From a virus: DNA of 64,000 bases. How positions within the stretch are numbered: the first letter of the stretch is position 1; every line of letters starts with the position of its first letter. This document shows positions 8,701-16,884 of this stretch, piece by piece. The stretch covers positions 2,416-66,415 of the IMG/VR virus record IMGVR_UViG_3300045120_000303; one strand, written 5' to 3'. The notes under the pieces were generated by a model. The model saw only the letters and a list, made by a program, of their open reading frames with translations, did no database searches and was not told where the DNA came from. Both the position numbers and the translations under genes were made by a program.

Positions 8701-9178
8701 CGCGCTTCCTCCCGTTCGGCAGCGGGTTGATCTGATCAAGCTGGGCCGGCGTGAGGTGCCGTGGCTGCGGCGCCATCGCGGACCCGGAGCGCTGGCCAAA
8801 GGGATCGCGCATGTTCCCGATGATCCGCTGCACGCAGTCGTGGACGTAGGCGACCTCCTCCTCGCTCGGTGGCACGCGGGGCTCGAGAGGCGGCGCCTCT
8901 TTCGGCTTCGCCAGCAGTGGCGGCATCGGGCGATGCTCGCGCCACCAGTCGCGTAGGTGGTTGTGTAGCTCGGGATATGTCGGGAAGCCTTTCACGCATG
9001 CCTTGGCGACATGGTTCAGACTTTCCTTGGTGAATGCGCCGTCTTCGAAGTCTGACATCAGCATCGGAAGAAAGGCGGCAAGCTTCATGTTTGCCTCCTC
9101 GCGCGAAATGCTGATCGCCGTCAGGATGCCCAGCGACACCGTCCACTCACGCGCAACGCCAACGTGCGTCTTCGTCAT
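8672..9178 (-). CDS. Putative replication P-like/helicase-loader protein
   Basis: Follows DUF1376 initiator; KGFPTY.EL motif. Confidence 0.45.
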   Translation of the reverse strand: MTKTHVGVAREWTVSLGILTAISISREEANMKLAAFLPMLMSDFEDGAFTKESLNHVAKACVKGFPTYPELHNHLRDWWREHRPMPPLLAKPKEAPPLEPRVPPSEEEVAYVHDCVQRIIGNMRDPFGQRSGSAMAPQPRHLTPAQLDQINPLPNGRKRDGSESRPQQ

Positions 9179-9720
9179 CGCACAACTCCATGCTCGGCGT
9201 TGTGACATTCGCGACAAAGCACAATCAGATCTGCCTCGCGCTCCGCTCCGAAGCGTCGATAGTCGAGATGATGAACGTCCAAGAATCCGAAGTCTCGCCA
9301 GGAGCGGTTGCATCGCTGGCATATGCCGCCGCAACGCAACAGCTTGCGTCGCCGCAATTCCCGCCACCGGTCGCTTTGCAGGTATTCAAGATAATCAATC
9401 CAGGGCGTCAGACGTTTGCCCCCGAAGTCATCCGCCAAATCAGCGATCGCCACCCCAAGCGCATTGCCCAGTGAGGAGCCTCCCTGCGGGCCGCTGATCT
9501 CCTCAAGCTCGTCTTTGTCCCAATTGCGTAGCGCGCGCTCTGTCGCCTCTGCTTGGCGAGCGGTGAGGTCATCATCAGACGCCGGTCGCCGCGGCCGACA
9601 CTCGTTCGGCTTGATGGCGCCAGCCTCCCAGGCTGCACGACGAGCCGCCAGCAGATCGGGCTGCGCGTCAGAGGCGACCGACGATGCTGACGATCTTGTC
9701 GTCTCGGATGTCTCGGTCAT
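9175..9720 (-). CDS. HNH endonuclease
   Basis: YLQSDRW.ELR...CQRC...LDVHHLDY..FG.E...DL.VLCRECH..EH; start uncertain. Confidence 0.85.
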   Translation of the reverse strand: MTETSETTRSSASSVASDAQPDLLAARRAAWEAGAIKPNECRPRRPASDDDLTARQAEATERALRNWDKDELEEISGPQGGSSLGNALGVAIADLADDFGGKRLTPWIDYLEYLQSDRWRELRRRKLLRCGGICQRCNRSWRDFGFLDVHHLDYRRFGAEREADLIVLCRECHNAEHGVVR

Positions 9721-10306
9721 CAACTTCCTCCTCTCCGATGATTGCCGCGCCGTGTTCGTTCCAAGCGTTCCTGTAGCGACCGTTTTCCTTCCTTTCCCCA
9801 CCACCACCATTAACCCGCCCCGCCCGCCGTTTCCCCCCATCGGGGGGATTAAGGGGGGCTTCTCTGGTTGTTGGTTGTGGTTGTGGTTCTGTCGCGCGCG
9901 CGCGGACCCCCGCGCGTGAGTCTGCCATCGTTTGTGAATCGCATGTGCTATCGGCGGCCTTAGCATGTGCCATGTTCCAGCGCTTGTTAGCGCCTTGTTT
10001 TCCCGCACTTTGCTTGACTTCACGGATCGCATCGCAGCGTGCAATTTCAGCGTCGATTCTGCGATGTTTCCAGACACCATTTTCGTGCGTGAAAAGTGAT
10101 GCCGCGGGACCACTTTCCCGACGCCATAAAGGCACGCTGATGCCGGCGATCCTGGCCAGCGACTTCTCGTCCTCGGGTAGCTCGCGGCGTTTGAAATAGT
10201 GCATGATGAGCCGCATGTAGATGCCATGCTGGAACGTGCTCAAGTGCATGGTGTCGGCCAGATAATCCCCGACATTAAAGCGCATCCAGTGGTCGGTCGC
10301 GGACAT
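9668..10306 (-). CDS. DUF1376/YdaU family replication initiator-like protein
   Basis: WMRFNVGDYLADTMHLS...HGIY.RL...Y....LP.D...LARI...HRRID.E; PQPQP linker. Confidence 0.9.
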   Translation of the reverse strand: MSATDHWMRFNVGDYLADTMHLSTFQHGIYMRLIMHYFKRRELPEDEKSLARIAGISVPLWRRESGPAASLFTHENGVWKHRRIDAEIARCDAIREVKQSAGKQGANKRWNMAHAKAADSTCDSQTMADSRAGVRARATEPQPQPTTREAPLNPPDGGKRRAGRVNGGGGERKENGRYRNAWNEHGAAIIGEEEVDDRDIRDDKIVSIVGRL

Positions 10307-10362
10307 CAAGAGATGCCTGCGAGGCAAATGACGACCGCAGCGATGACGATCCAGACTTTCAT
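10306..10362 (-). CDS. 18-aa hydrophobic micropeptide MKVWIVIAAVVICLAGIS
   Basis: ATGA overlap upstream, TGATG overlap downstream. Confidence 0.5.
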   Translation of the reverse strand: MKVWIVIAAVVICLAGIS

Positions 10363-10661
10363 GCCGTCTGCTCCGGTAGGTCGAACGGGCAATCGCGGGT
10401 GCTGTAGATGCGACCGGTCGAGCGCACGCGAATGGCGAGGTGATCCCTCGCACGACCTCTGGTGCCGCGGCGTACCTCCAGCATCTTCTGGCGACGGAGC
10501 CACTCGATAGCCTGCGCCAGGCGATAGGGGTCGACCGGCTCGCACTGCGGCATCTCTAAGCAGATGTCCGGAAGCCGCGGGATCTCGCCTTCCGGTTTCT
10601 CAACCAGCCATCCGTAGAACGCCATGGCGGCGCGATGCGTCCATGATCGATCGGAGGTCAT
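10359..10661 (-). CDS. Hypothetical protein (possible winged helix)
   Basis: Coupled in operon. Confidence 0.65.
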   Translation of the reverse strand: MTSDRSWTHRAAMAFYGWLVEKPEGEIPRLPDICLEMPQCEPVDPYRLAQAIEWLRRQKMLEVRRGTRGRARDHLAIRVRSTGRIYSTRDCPFDLPEQTA

Positions 10662-11098
10662 GCTGCGCTCCGCCGTTCTGCATTCCAGGCCTCTAATGCG
10701 TCAGCATGCTTTAGCAACGCCTTCCCACCCCGGCGCATTCGGGCGACGTTGTATTGGACGTCGGCTTCCGTCAGTAGGTCACGCAGCGCATAGATAGGCT
10801 CGTCTCTTGTTGGTGGTCGCGGGTAGCGTTCCTGCAGCGTCTCGGGGAACATGTCGTCCTCACCTTCAACGCTCGCCTTCGCCCTGGCGTAAGGATCGTG
10901 AGCGCGCCTCAGCTTTTGGCGCGCGATTTGCCTGACCTCTAAGTGACATCCGACGTAGCCGAGGAGATGTAATGAACGTGAGAACTCAATCTCCGCCATC
11001 ACCTGTGTCGCGATCCACGATGGGCTGACCTCGCCTACGAGGCGATAATCATCGATCACCTTCTGCACGGCGGCGTATAGTTGCTCCTCTGCTGTCAT
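10658..11098 (-). CDS. Hypothetical protein
   Basis: Coupled in operon. Confidence 0.7.
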   Translation of the reverse strand: MTAEEQLYAAVQKVIDDYRLVGEVSPSWIATQVMAEIEFSRSLHLLGYVGCHLEVRQIARQKLRRAHDPYARAKASVEGEDDMFPETLQERYPRPPTRDEPIYALRDLLTEADVQYNVARMRRGGKALLKHADALEAWNAERRSAA

Positions 11099-11697
11099 GG
11101 GTTGATCCTCCCCAACCAGGCCGCGACGCGCGGCGCTAACTCTTTGGCGGTTGTTTGCATGTGGCCGAGCATGCCATCCACGACCTCGTTAGGATCGAGA
11201 TCGAGTAACCCATCACGTTCGAAGTCTCTCAGTCTGCCCCAGAGCCAAAGCGCTTCTGGTCCGACCTTGTCCTTGGGTTCGGGCTGTGCGTGCGCCGCGA
11301 TGATGCCGTTGGTCGTCGGACGCTCGCTCTGCAATTCCTTTTCAAATAGATCGGGCGGAACGGCGGCAAGCTTCTGCCATTGCGAGGACTGATCGCGAGT
11401 TATGCCAAGGTCGGCGAGCGGTTGAGGATGTGTGGCGTCACGCGACACATCCTTGTGTTGATTGCTGCCGCGTGGTGTCGCCTTCTCGCGCTCGCGGAGC
11501 AATTCACCGCACTTGCGTTCGGCGCGAAGCCTGATCTCACATGCTTGGCGCTCTGCCTCGATGTTCTTTGCCTGTCGTGCATAGGTTTCGATCGCTCGCG
11601 CCTTGTTGCGAATATCCTTCACTTCATCGACTGCGTACGCGGCTGCGATGGCGCTGCACATTGCGTCATAGCGGACCAAGGTCGTTGTGCCGCTCAT
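11095..11697 (-). CDS. Phage protein with N-terminal domain usually fused to DNA methyltransferases
   Basis: DEVKDIR.KA.A...YARQAK......A.EIRLRAER..GELL...L.DLGI...QSS.WQ.LA; no MTase motifs. Confidence 0.75.
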   Translation of the reverse strand: MSGTTTLVRYDAMCSAIAAAYAVDEVKDIRNKARAIETYARQAKNIEAERQACEIRLRAERKCGELLREREKATPRGSNQHKDVSRDATHPQPLADLGITRDQSSQWQKLAAVPPDLFEKELQSERPTTNGIIAAHAQPEPKDKVGPEALWLWGRLRDFERDGLLDLDPNEVVDGMLGHMQTTAKELAPRVAAWLGRINP

Positions 11698-11909
11698 GCT
11701 GCCACCTCATTGCTCAACAGCCCTGCATGCCACATGCATAAATTCCGATCCGGCTGGGCACGCTGCAGGAGGATCCCGGCCTCGCGCTTCGCCTCGCTGC
11801 CGACGCTGACGACGACCGCTGCAGCGCCGCAGCGGCACCGCCTTTTTGCAAACCGCGTGGCGAGTTGCGTCTGATAGGATTTCAGCTCGGATGTTTGCGC
11901 GGGGGTCAT
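11694..11909 (-). CDS. Small Cys/His Zn-binding protein
   Basis: CRCG...C..H. Confidence 0.55.
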   Translation of the reverse strand: MTPAQTSELKSYQTQLATRFAKRRCRCGAAAVVVSVGSEAKREAGILLQRAQPDRNLCMWHAGLLSNEVAA

Positions 11910-12331
11910 GCCGCGATCCTCATCGGCCGCGTGAGGCCCCAATCAACCACGACGTTGAACACCTGGGACTTGGTCCAGCACACCTTGACCAGCACGCCCG
12001 CCCGCAGCAGGCCGCGACAGAACGTCTTCTGATCGTCGGAAAGCTTCTCGCTGGCGTTGCGCTTCAGCTCGATGGCGAATGCGCGCCCGTCGAACCAGAA
12101 CAGGTAGTCGCAGATCCCGCTCTTGACGCCGCGCGCCTTGCGCTTCTTGACCTCGATCAGCCCGATCGGAACGCCGTTCCGACCGATGCGCCTATCGAGG
12201 CTGTGCGCGTGATCGACCGCCGTCCACTGGACGTCCTGCAGCAGGATGCGCTCAAGCATGGTCGTGCAGTCGATCTGCAATTCATGCTCAGAAGGCTCCA
12301 GCGCCTCCAGCGCGAATGCTATCCGGCCCAC
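11906..12331 (-). CDS. VRR-NUC / PD-(D/E)XK nuclease (resolvase-like)
   Basis: SE..LQ...GVKSG..D......FAIELK....LS..Q. Confidence 0.85.
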   Translation of the reverse strand: MGRIAFALEALEPSEHELQIDCTTMLERILLQDVQWTAVDHAHSLDRRIGRNGVPIGLIEVKKRKARGVKSGICDYLFWFDGRAFAIELKRNASEKLSDDQKTFCRGLLRAGVLVKVCWTKSQVFNVVVDWGLTRPMRIAA

Positions 12332-12345
12332 TGGTCATGGGCCGA

Positions 12346-12960
12346 TCAGAGCAACGGCTGCGGCGCCTCTGCTGCCTTGGGTGGACGACCGCGCTTGCGC
12401 GCCGCGGGCTCGACGTGCCCGTTGGCCTTCTTGGCCTTGCCGCTCTTTTTCGGGCCCATCTCGCCGGCGATCTTCTTCTGCGCGTTCAGCCAGACCTTGT
12501 TGCCGCGGGTCCACGACTTGTCCCACGCGACATGCTCGGCGGATCCGGCTTCGAAGGGATTGGTCCCGCGCTCGTGTCCTGCTTCGCCAGCGTCGAAGCC
12601 TCTACCGCCCGCGACCCATTCACGCTGCTCTGATGCTGCGTTCACGTCTACTTCCGGAATGTCGTCTTCGAACATCGTGGCCTGCGTGCCGATGGCGACG
12701 TTCGCCCACTTCGCATAAATGACGAGGTGCTTCATTTTTAACTCGGCCTCGTCGGCATCGAGCGTCGCAAATTTCTCCAACAGTTTCATTGCGTCTAAAT
12801 CGATGCCATCGTTCTTTGCCGCTTTCTTTGCGCGGGCGATGGCCATCCCGGTTTCAGAATGTGCATCCTTTAAGTCGCGTATCGTCCTGTAATGCCTCAG
12901 GAATACGTCGGGGGGCACGTTGTGGCTGGAAGCCTCGGCCAATGATGTTTCTTGCGGCAT
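12346..12960 (-). CDS. GapR/DUF2312-like N-terminus fused to RMF-like domain
   Basis: KAAKNDGIDLDAMK helix; GFDAG.AG.....NPF..GS.EH..W...W..G. Confidence 0.6.
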   Translation of the reverse strand: MPQETSLAEASSHNVPPDVFLRHYRTIRDLKDAHSETGMAIARAKKAAKNDGIDLDAMKLLEKFATLDADEAELKMKHLVIYAKWANVAIGTQATMFEDDIPEVDVNAASEQREWVAGGRGFDAGEAGHERGTNPFEAGSAEHVAWDKSWTRGNKVWLNAQKKIAGEMGPKKSGKAKKANGHVEPAARKRGRPPKAAEAPQPLL

Positions 12961-12986
12961 GTCAATTTTGCCCCCCCCGGTGATGG

Positions 12987-13253
12987 TCAAGCGGTTGCTA
13001 CTGCATTCCGTCGTGACCGTGTTGTTGCTGGTGCTGGTGGTGGTGTCGGCCAGACGTCGGGCCGCAACTCGTGCTTGCCGATGTTGCAGCGATCAAATGC
13101 AAGCTGGCAGGCATCTAGCGAAGGCTTGCGATCGCCGCGGTGCCATGAGCGGATGGTGGACATGCTCAGTCCCATCTGCTCGCAAAACTCCCCCCGACTG
13201 AGCCCGTGACGGATCAGGATCGCATCTATATCGAGCGCAGGAGCATCAGGCAT
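12987..13253 (-). CDS. Cro/YdaS-like HTH regulator
   Basis: GLSRGEFCEQMGLSMSTIRSW..G.RKPS...HELRPDVW; first gene of leftward arm. Confidence 0.85.
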   Translation of the reverse strand: MPDAPALDIDAILIRHGLSRGEFCEQMGLSMSTIRSWHRGDRKPSLDACQLAFDRCNIGKHELRPDVWPTPPPAPATTRSRRNAVATA

Positions 13254-13259
13254 CTGTTC

Positions 13260-13288
13260 ATCCTGCTACTGCCTGTGGCGGCGTGCAA
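13260..13288 (-). promoter_or_regulatory. Leftward promoter, probably leaderless
   Basis: TTGCAC (13288-13283)-17 nt-CAGGAT (13265-13260); predicted start site coincides with ATG at 13253. Confidence 0.6.
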
Positions 13289-13316
13289 CCAAAGAAAAGG
13301 GGTTACATGCTCGCCG

Positions 13317-13333
13317 CGTCACATGTTGTGACG
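13317..13333. promoter_or_regulatory. Operator palindrome CGTCACA-TGT-TGTGACG
   Basis: Perfect 7-bp inverted repeat. Confidence 0.75.
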
Positions 13334-13444
13334 AATACTTATCCACCGAAAATGGTGGATAGTTTCAGATTTATCATTCTCCTGAATAGGTTGACCATAC
13401 ACATCTGAGCCAGTCTATCAGCATGTATATGGCAAAACTCTGGG

Positions 13445-13473
13445 TTGACGCCCGTCACAAGCAGTGACGTAAT
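13445..13473 (+). promoter_or_regulatory. Rightward promoter with operator in spacer
   Basis: TTGACG-17 nt-CGTAAT containing CGTCAC-AAGCA-GTGACG (13453-13469). Confidence 0.7.
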
Positions 13474-13524
13474 CAAACCCATGGCAGAGATTGTTGGTAT
13501 AAATACAATTGCGGCGCAGCGAAG

Positions 13525-14475
13525 ATGAGCGGCGAGCAACCCACCGCGCTGCGCGTGACTACACCCGGTATCTACACGATGTCGGCCCGCGACTATCATT
13601 CGGATCCCGCACCGCAACCAAGCCTATCGCGCTCGATCGCCATGCTGCTCATCGAGGCGTCGCCGGCTCATGCGTACGTCCAGCATCCGCGTCTCGGCGG
13701 TTCGCCACCGACCGGGCCGGCTAGCGGTGATGAGGACATGGAGATCGGCACTGCCGCGCACAGCATGTTCCTTGAAGGCATCGACATTACCGAGTGCATC
13801 CCGTTCGACAGCTATCGCACCAAAGAGGCCAAGGAGATGCGCGACGACGCGCGGTCGCGCGGCAAGATCCCGCTGAAGCAGAAAGCCTACAACGCATCGC
13901 TGCAGATCTGCGAAGAACTGCAGGAGTACAACGCTAAAACCGGCCTGTTCACCAAGGGCAAGCCAGAGCAGACCGTGGTGTGGGATGAGGGCGACCATAA
14001 GGCCCGCTGCAGGATCGACTGGCTACCGGACGACCCGGCGGCGCCGATCGTCGACCTCAAAACCACCGGCTCGCTGGCGACGCTCGCGGGTTGGGGGCGG
14101 AACGCTTTTGCGTTCGGCGCGGACATGCAGGGCGCGATGTATCCGAGGGGCCTGGAGTTCGTGCGCGGCGAGGCGCCTGACGGCGTGTTGTTCTGCGTGA
14201 TCGAGACAAGCCCGCCATACGCGATCCGTCTGTTCGGGCTGGACCCGATCGCGCTGGAGGTCGGGCAGGCCAAATGCGCTGCCGCCAGGGCGGTGTGGGT
14301 TCAGTGCATGAAGCTGCAGCAGTGGCCCAGCTATCCGCTCACCCCCGAGTGGCTGATGCCGCCGCCGTGGGTGGTTCGGCAATGGGAGGAAGCCAGGATT
14401 GGCGGCATCGGCCGCGCCTCCGAGGACACGCAGTTCATCGAGAAGATGATTCGTCTGGGGAGTTGGGGTGGATGA
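13525..14475 (+). CDS. RecE/ExoVIII-like PD-(D/E)XK exonuclease (DUF3799-like)
   Basis: PGIY....DYH....LS.S...SP.H...GTAAH...RCR.DW...IVDLKTT...Q...Y. Confidence 0.9.
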   Translation: MSGEQPTALRVTTPGIYTMSARDYHSDPAPQPSLSRSIAMLLIEASPAHAYVQHPRLGGSPPTGPASGDEDMEIGTAAHSMFLEGIDITECIPFDSYRTKEAKEMRDDARSRGKIPLKQKAYNASLQICEELQEYNAKTGLFTKGKPEQTVVWDEGDHKARCRIDWLPDDPAAPIVDLKTTGSLATLAGWGRNAFAFGADMQGAMYPRGLEFVRGEAPDGVLFCVIETSPPYAIRLFGLDPIALEVGQAKCAAARAVWVQCMKLQQWPSYPLTPEWLMPPPWVVRQWEEARIGGIGRASEDTQFIEKMIRLGSWGG

Positions 14476-15272
14476 GCCTTAGACATTTTATCCTTCGTGA
14501 CCTGACTGAAACCGTAGGGAAACGGCGATGGCCCGATCCAAATCGCATAGGCGCAAGGATACGTGACGCCCACCCCTTCGAACTATCCGCAGTCGCGCCT
14601 GCCTTATTCGATCTGGCCGAATCGCTGATGGCTCACTGGAACCCAGGTCGCCTCGCTTTCTTACCGTTCGAATCGACTTGGTTGGAATGGAAGACTCCGG
14701 CTGGAGGCACCATAGCGTTCCTCATAGAACGACGAGACGACGATAGGGCGGAATTTCACTACGTCGATGAGCGCCAGAACTCGCACTGCGGCAACTTCCC
14801 CTTAGCGCCAGCGATCCAAAAGATCGGCCTCGATGATCAGTATATTCAACTGACGCCAGGGTGGATGAAAGATCAGAAGGATCAAGACCGCGCGCACGCG
14901 ATGGTCGCTATGATCTATGGAGCATTGCTACTCATAAATCATCCAAAGTCCGTAGGGCGCGTCGAGCATAAGCCGCATGCAGGATTGCAGCGCAGGATAG
15001 CTGCGGCAGAGGGGAAACCCGGTAAGGCCTACCTGTTGGGCGAGACGGAGATCATTTTGCGAATGACGCCGCAGCCAGACGAAAGAGAGCCAGGAGAACC
15101 GTCAGTCCTTGTAGGAGGGCGGGCGCTGCACTGGGTGCGCTCTTATATCAGGCGTAATGCACGGTTGCCGGTTATCGAGCATATGCGCGGCGATCCTCGA
15201 TACGGCATCAAGAAGGGGCGTTACAGCTTCGAACCTGAGAAAACGACCAGACTTGGAAGTTGGGGGGGATGA
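14472..15272 (+). CDS. Hypothetical phage protein, lower-GC moron-like
   Basis: C-terminal LHWVR...R....HMRGDP..G motif; more A/T-ending codons. Confidence 0.75.
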   Translation: MSLRHFILRDLTETVGKRRWPDPNRIGARIRDAHPFELSAVAPALFDLAESLMAHWNPGRLAFLPFESTWLEWKTPAGGTIAFLIERRDDDRAEFHYVDERQNSHCGNFPLAPAIQKIGLDDQYIQLTPGWMKDQKDQDRAHAMVAMIYGALLLINHPKSVGRVEHKPHAGLQRRIAAAEGKPGKAYLLGETEIILRMTPQPDEREPGEPSVLVGGRALHWVRSYIRRNARLPVIEHMRGDPRYGIKKGRYSFEPEKTTRLGSWGG

Positions 15273-16183
15273 AACCCTGCGGAGTATGCGGCGGGACGGA
15301 GCGCACGCCGAACGGCACATGCCGCGCCTGCAAGGCACGCTACAGGCGGACATACCGCAAAGCCCACCCAGAGCAAGAACGCGCGGCTAACAACGCCTGG
15401 AACGCCACCAACCGCGAGCGTATTCGCGCTCAAAAGGCAGCATGGCGCGCAAAGAACCGCGTGAGGCAGGAGATTACCTGCCGAGAGTGCGGAGCGGAGG
15501 TGCCAGACCGACCTGGCCGGGGGGCCAAGCCGCGCTACTGCAGCGAGCGTTGTCGCAACGCGGCTAACAACGCCTGGAACGCCGCCAACATCGAGCGTAT
15601 TCGCGCCAAACAGAAGGCATATCGCGCCAGACGGATAGCAGAGCGTCCGCCGCGGGTGTTTGCCTGCCAAGAGTGCGGAGCGGAGGTGCAGAAGCGACCG
15701 GGCAGAGGGACCAACCCCCGCTATTGCAGCGAGCGTTGTCGCAAGGATGCTACCAATCGGGCGCAAAGAAGGAAGCGAGTTGTGTTTGGGCCGGAACGGC
15801 GGCTCGCAAGGCGGCTCGCAAGGATGGAAGCCTACCGGGAATGGCGCCTTGCTCATCCGCTACCGTGCAGGAAATGCGGTGTGACTGACCGTGATCCGCA
15901 GGGACAGTGTCGCCCATGCAAAGCAGCGCGCAAGAGAGCCTACTCGTTGGCGAACCGCGAGAAAGTGCGTGTCCGTCGCAACAAGTATCGCGCAGCGACC
16001 CGAGAGAGACGGCATGAGGTCGATAGAAAGCGATACGCGGCAATTCGCGAGGCGAACCCCGAGAAGATGAAGGAAGGGTTTCGACTGAGAGCTTGGTATC
16101 TGAGGCAACAAATCATGAGGCGTCTCAGCCACAAGTTCGTCGTCGAGGTGGCGGCTATGATCGAGGAGAGGACAACCCCATGA
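15269..16183 (+). CDS. Basic multi-Zn-finger protein with internal duplication
   Basis: Repeated CxECG...PRYCSERCR; DNA duplication 15382-15558 / 15559-15745. Confidence 0.75.
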   Translation: MKPCGVCGGTERTPNGTCRACKARYRRTYRKAHPEQERAANNAWNATNRERIRAQKAAWRAKNRVRQEITCRECGAEVPDRPGRGAKPRYCSERCRNAANNAWNAANIERIRAKQKAYRARRIAERPPRVFACQECGAEVQKRPGRGTNPRYCSERCRKDATNRAQRRKRVVFGPERRLARRLARMEAYREWRLAHPLPCRKCGVTDRDPQGQCRPCKAARKRAYSLANREKVRVRRNKYRAATRERRHEVDRKRYAAIREANPEKMKEGFRLRAWYLRQQIMRRLSHKFVVEVAAMIEERTTP

Positions 16184-16884
16184 AAGACACGGTCCCAACG
16201 AAAGCCGAGTTGAAGCGGATGACCCAGGAGCAATTGTGGGCCGGTCTGCGAGAGGCGATAAAGCTCACCGAACATGGCCTACGCTTGGCCGCGATCTACT
16301 GGGTCGAGCTTAAAGAGCGAGGCCAAGACCTATCGAAGGTCGACGTGCCATGGTCGAGCTACTTCCCGGCGGTTGCGGAGGGGAAGCTGGATCCGAGGCT
16401 GATCCTTTCCTACGGCTGGCATGAGGGACTGCTGTCCACGGTCGCGAGCCTCGTCCCCGAGGACCAGGCGAAGATCGCCAACCCGCGCGACAAAGTGCCG
16501 CTACTGGTGCCGAACGCCTCGGGCAACGGAACGCACACTGTGATGCGCGCACCGGCGGTGATGAAGATGTCGGAGCTGCAGCAGGTATTCGGTGACGGAC
16601 GAATTCGCACACCGGACGAACAGCGCAAGCACGTACAGCCCCTGCCCAACCGGAAGAGGTCGAACGACGACATAGAAGATACCGGCGCTGACCTCGATCT
16701 CTTCAACGCCCTGACGCCGCAACAGCGCGAACAGGTGCGGCGCTATGCGGCGACGCGGCATCCACCAGTCGCGTTCGTTGATCTGGTCGTGCGTTGGGCC
16801 GTGCAACGCGGCGCATGCAAAGAAACACCAGCCCCGGCGCGGCAGCGGCGCGAAGTGTCGATGGCTAGCGAAGCCCGCGTGTAG
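16180..16884 (+). CDS. Hypothetical phage protein
   Basis: GAGGAG RBS, ATGA overlap. Confidence 0.75.
   Translation: MKDTVPTKAELKRMTQEQLWAGLREAIKLTEHGLRLAAIYWVELKERGQDLSKVDVPWSSYFPAVAEGKLDPRLILSYGWHEGLLSTVASLVPEDQAKIANPRDKVPLLVPNASGNGTHTVMRAPAVMKMSELQQVFGDGRIRTPDEQRKHVQPLPNRKRSNDDIEDTGADLDLFNALTPQQREQVRRYAATRHPPVAFVDLVVRWAVQRGACKETPAPARQRREVSMASEARV

Noticed and set aside
11095-11697. DNA methyltransferase
   Set aside because: Only the accessory N-terminal domain is present; no DPPW/NPPY or SAM-binding motif
13317-13333. CRP/FNR site
   Set aside because: Half-sites are in inverse order and spacing (TCACA-N3-TGTGA)
13339-13617. ORF as the missing CI repressor
   Set aside because: No HTH or S24 motif, same orientation as cro, and overlaps the exonuclease and promoters
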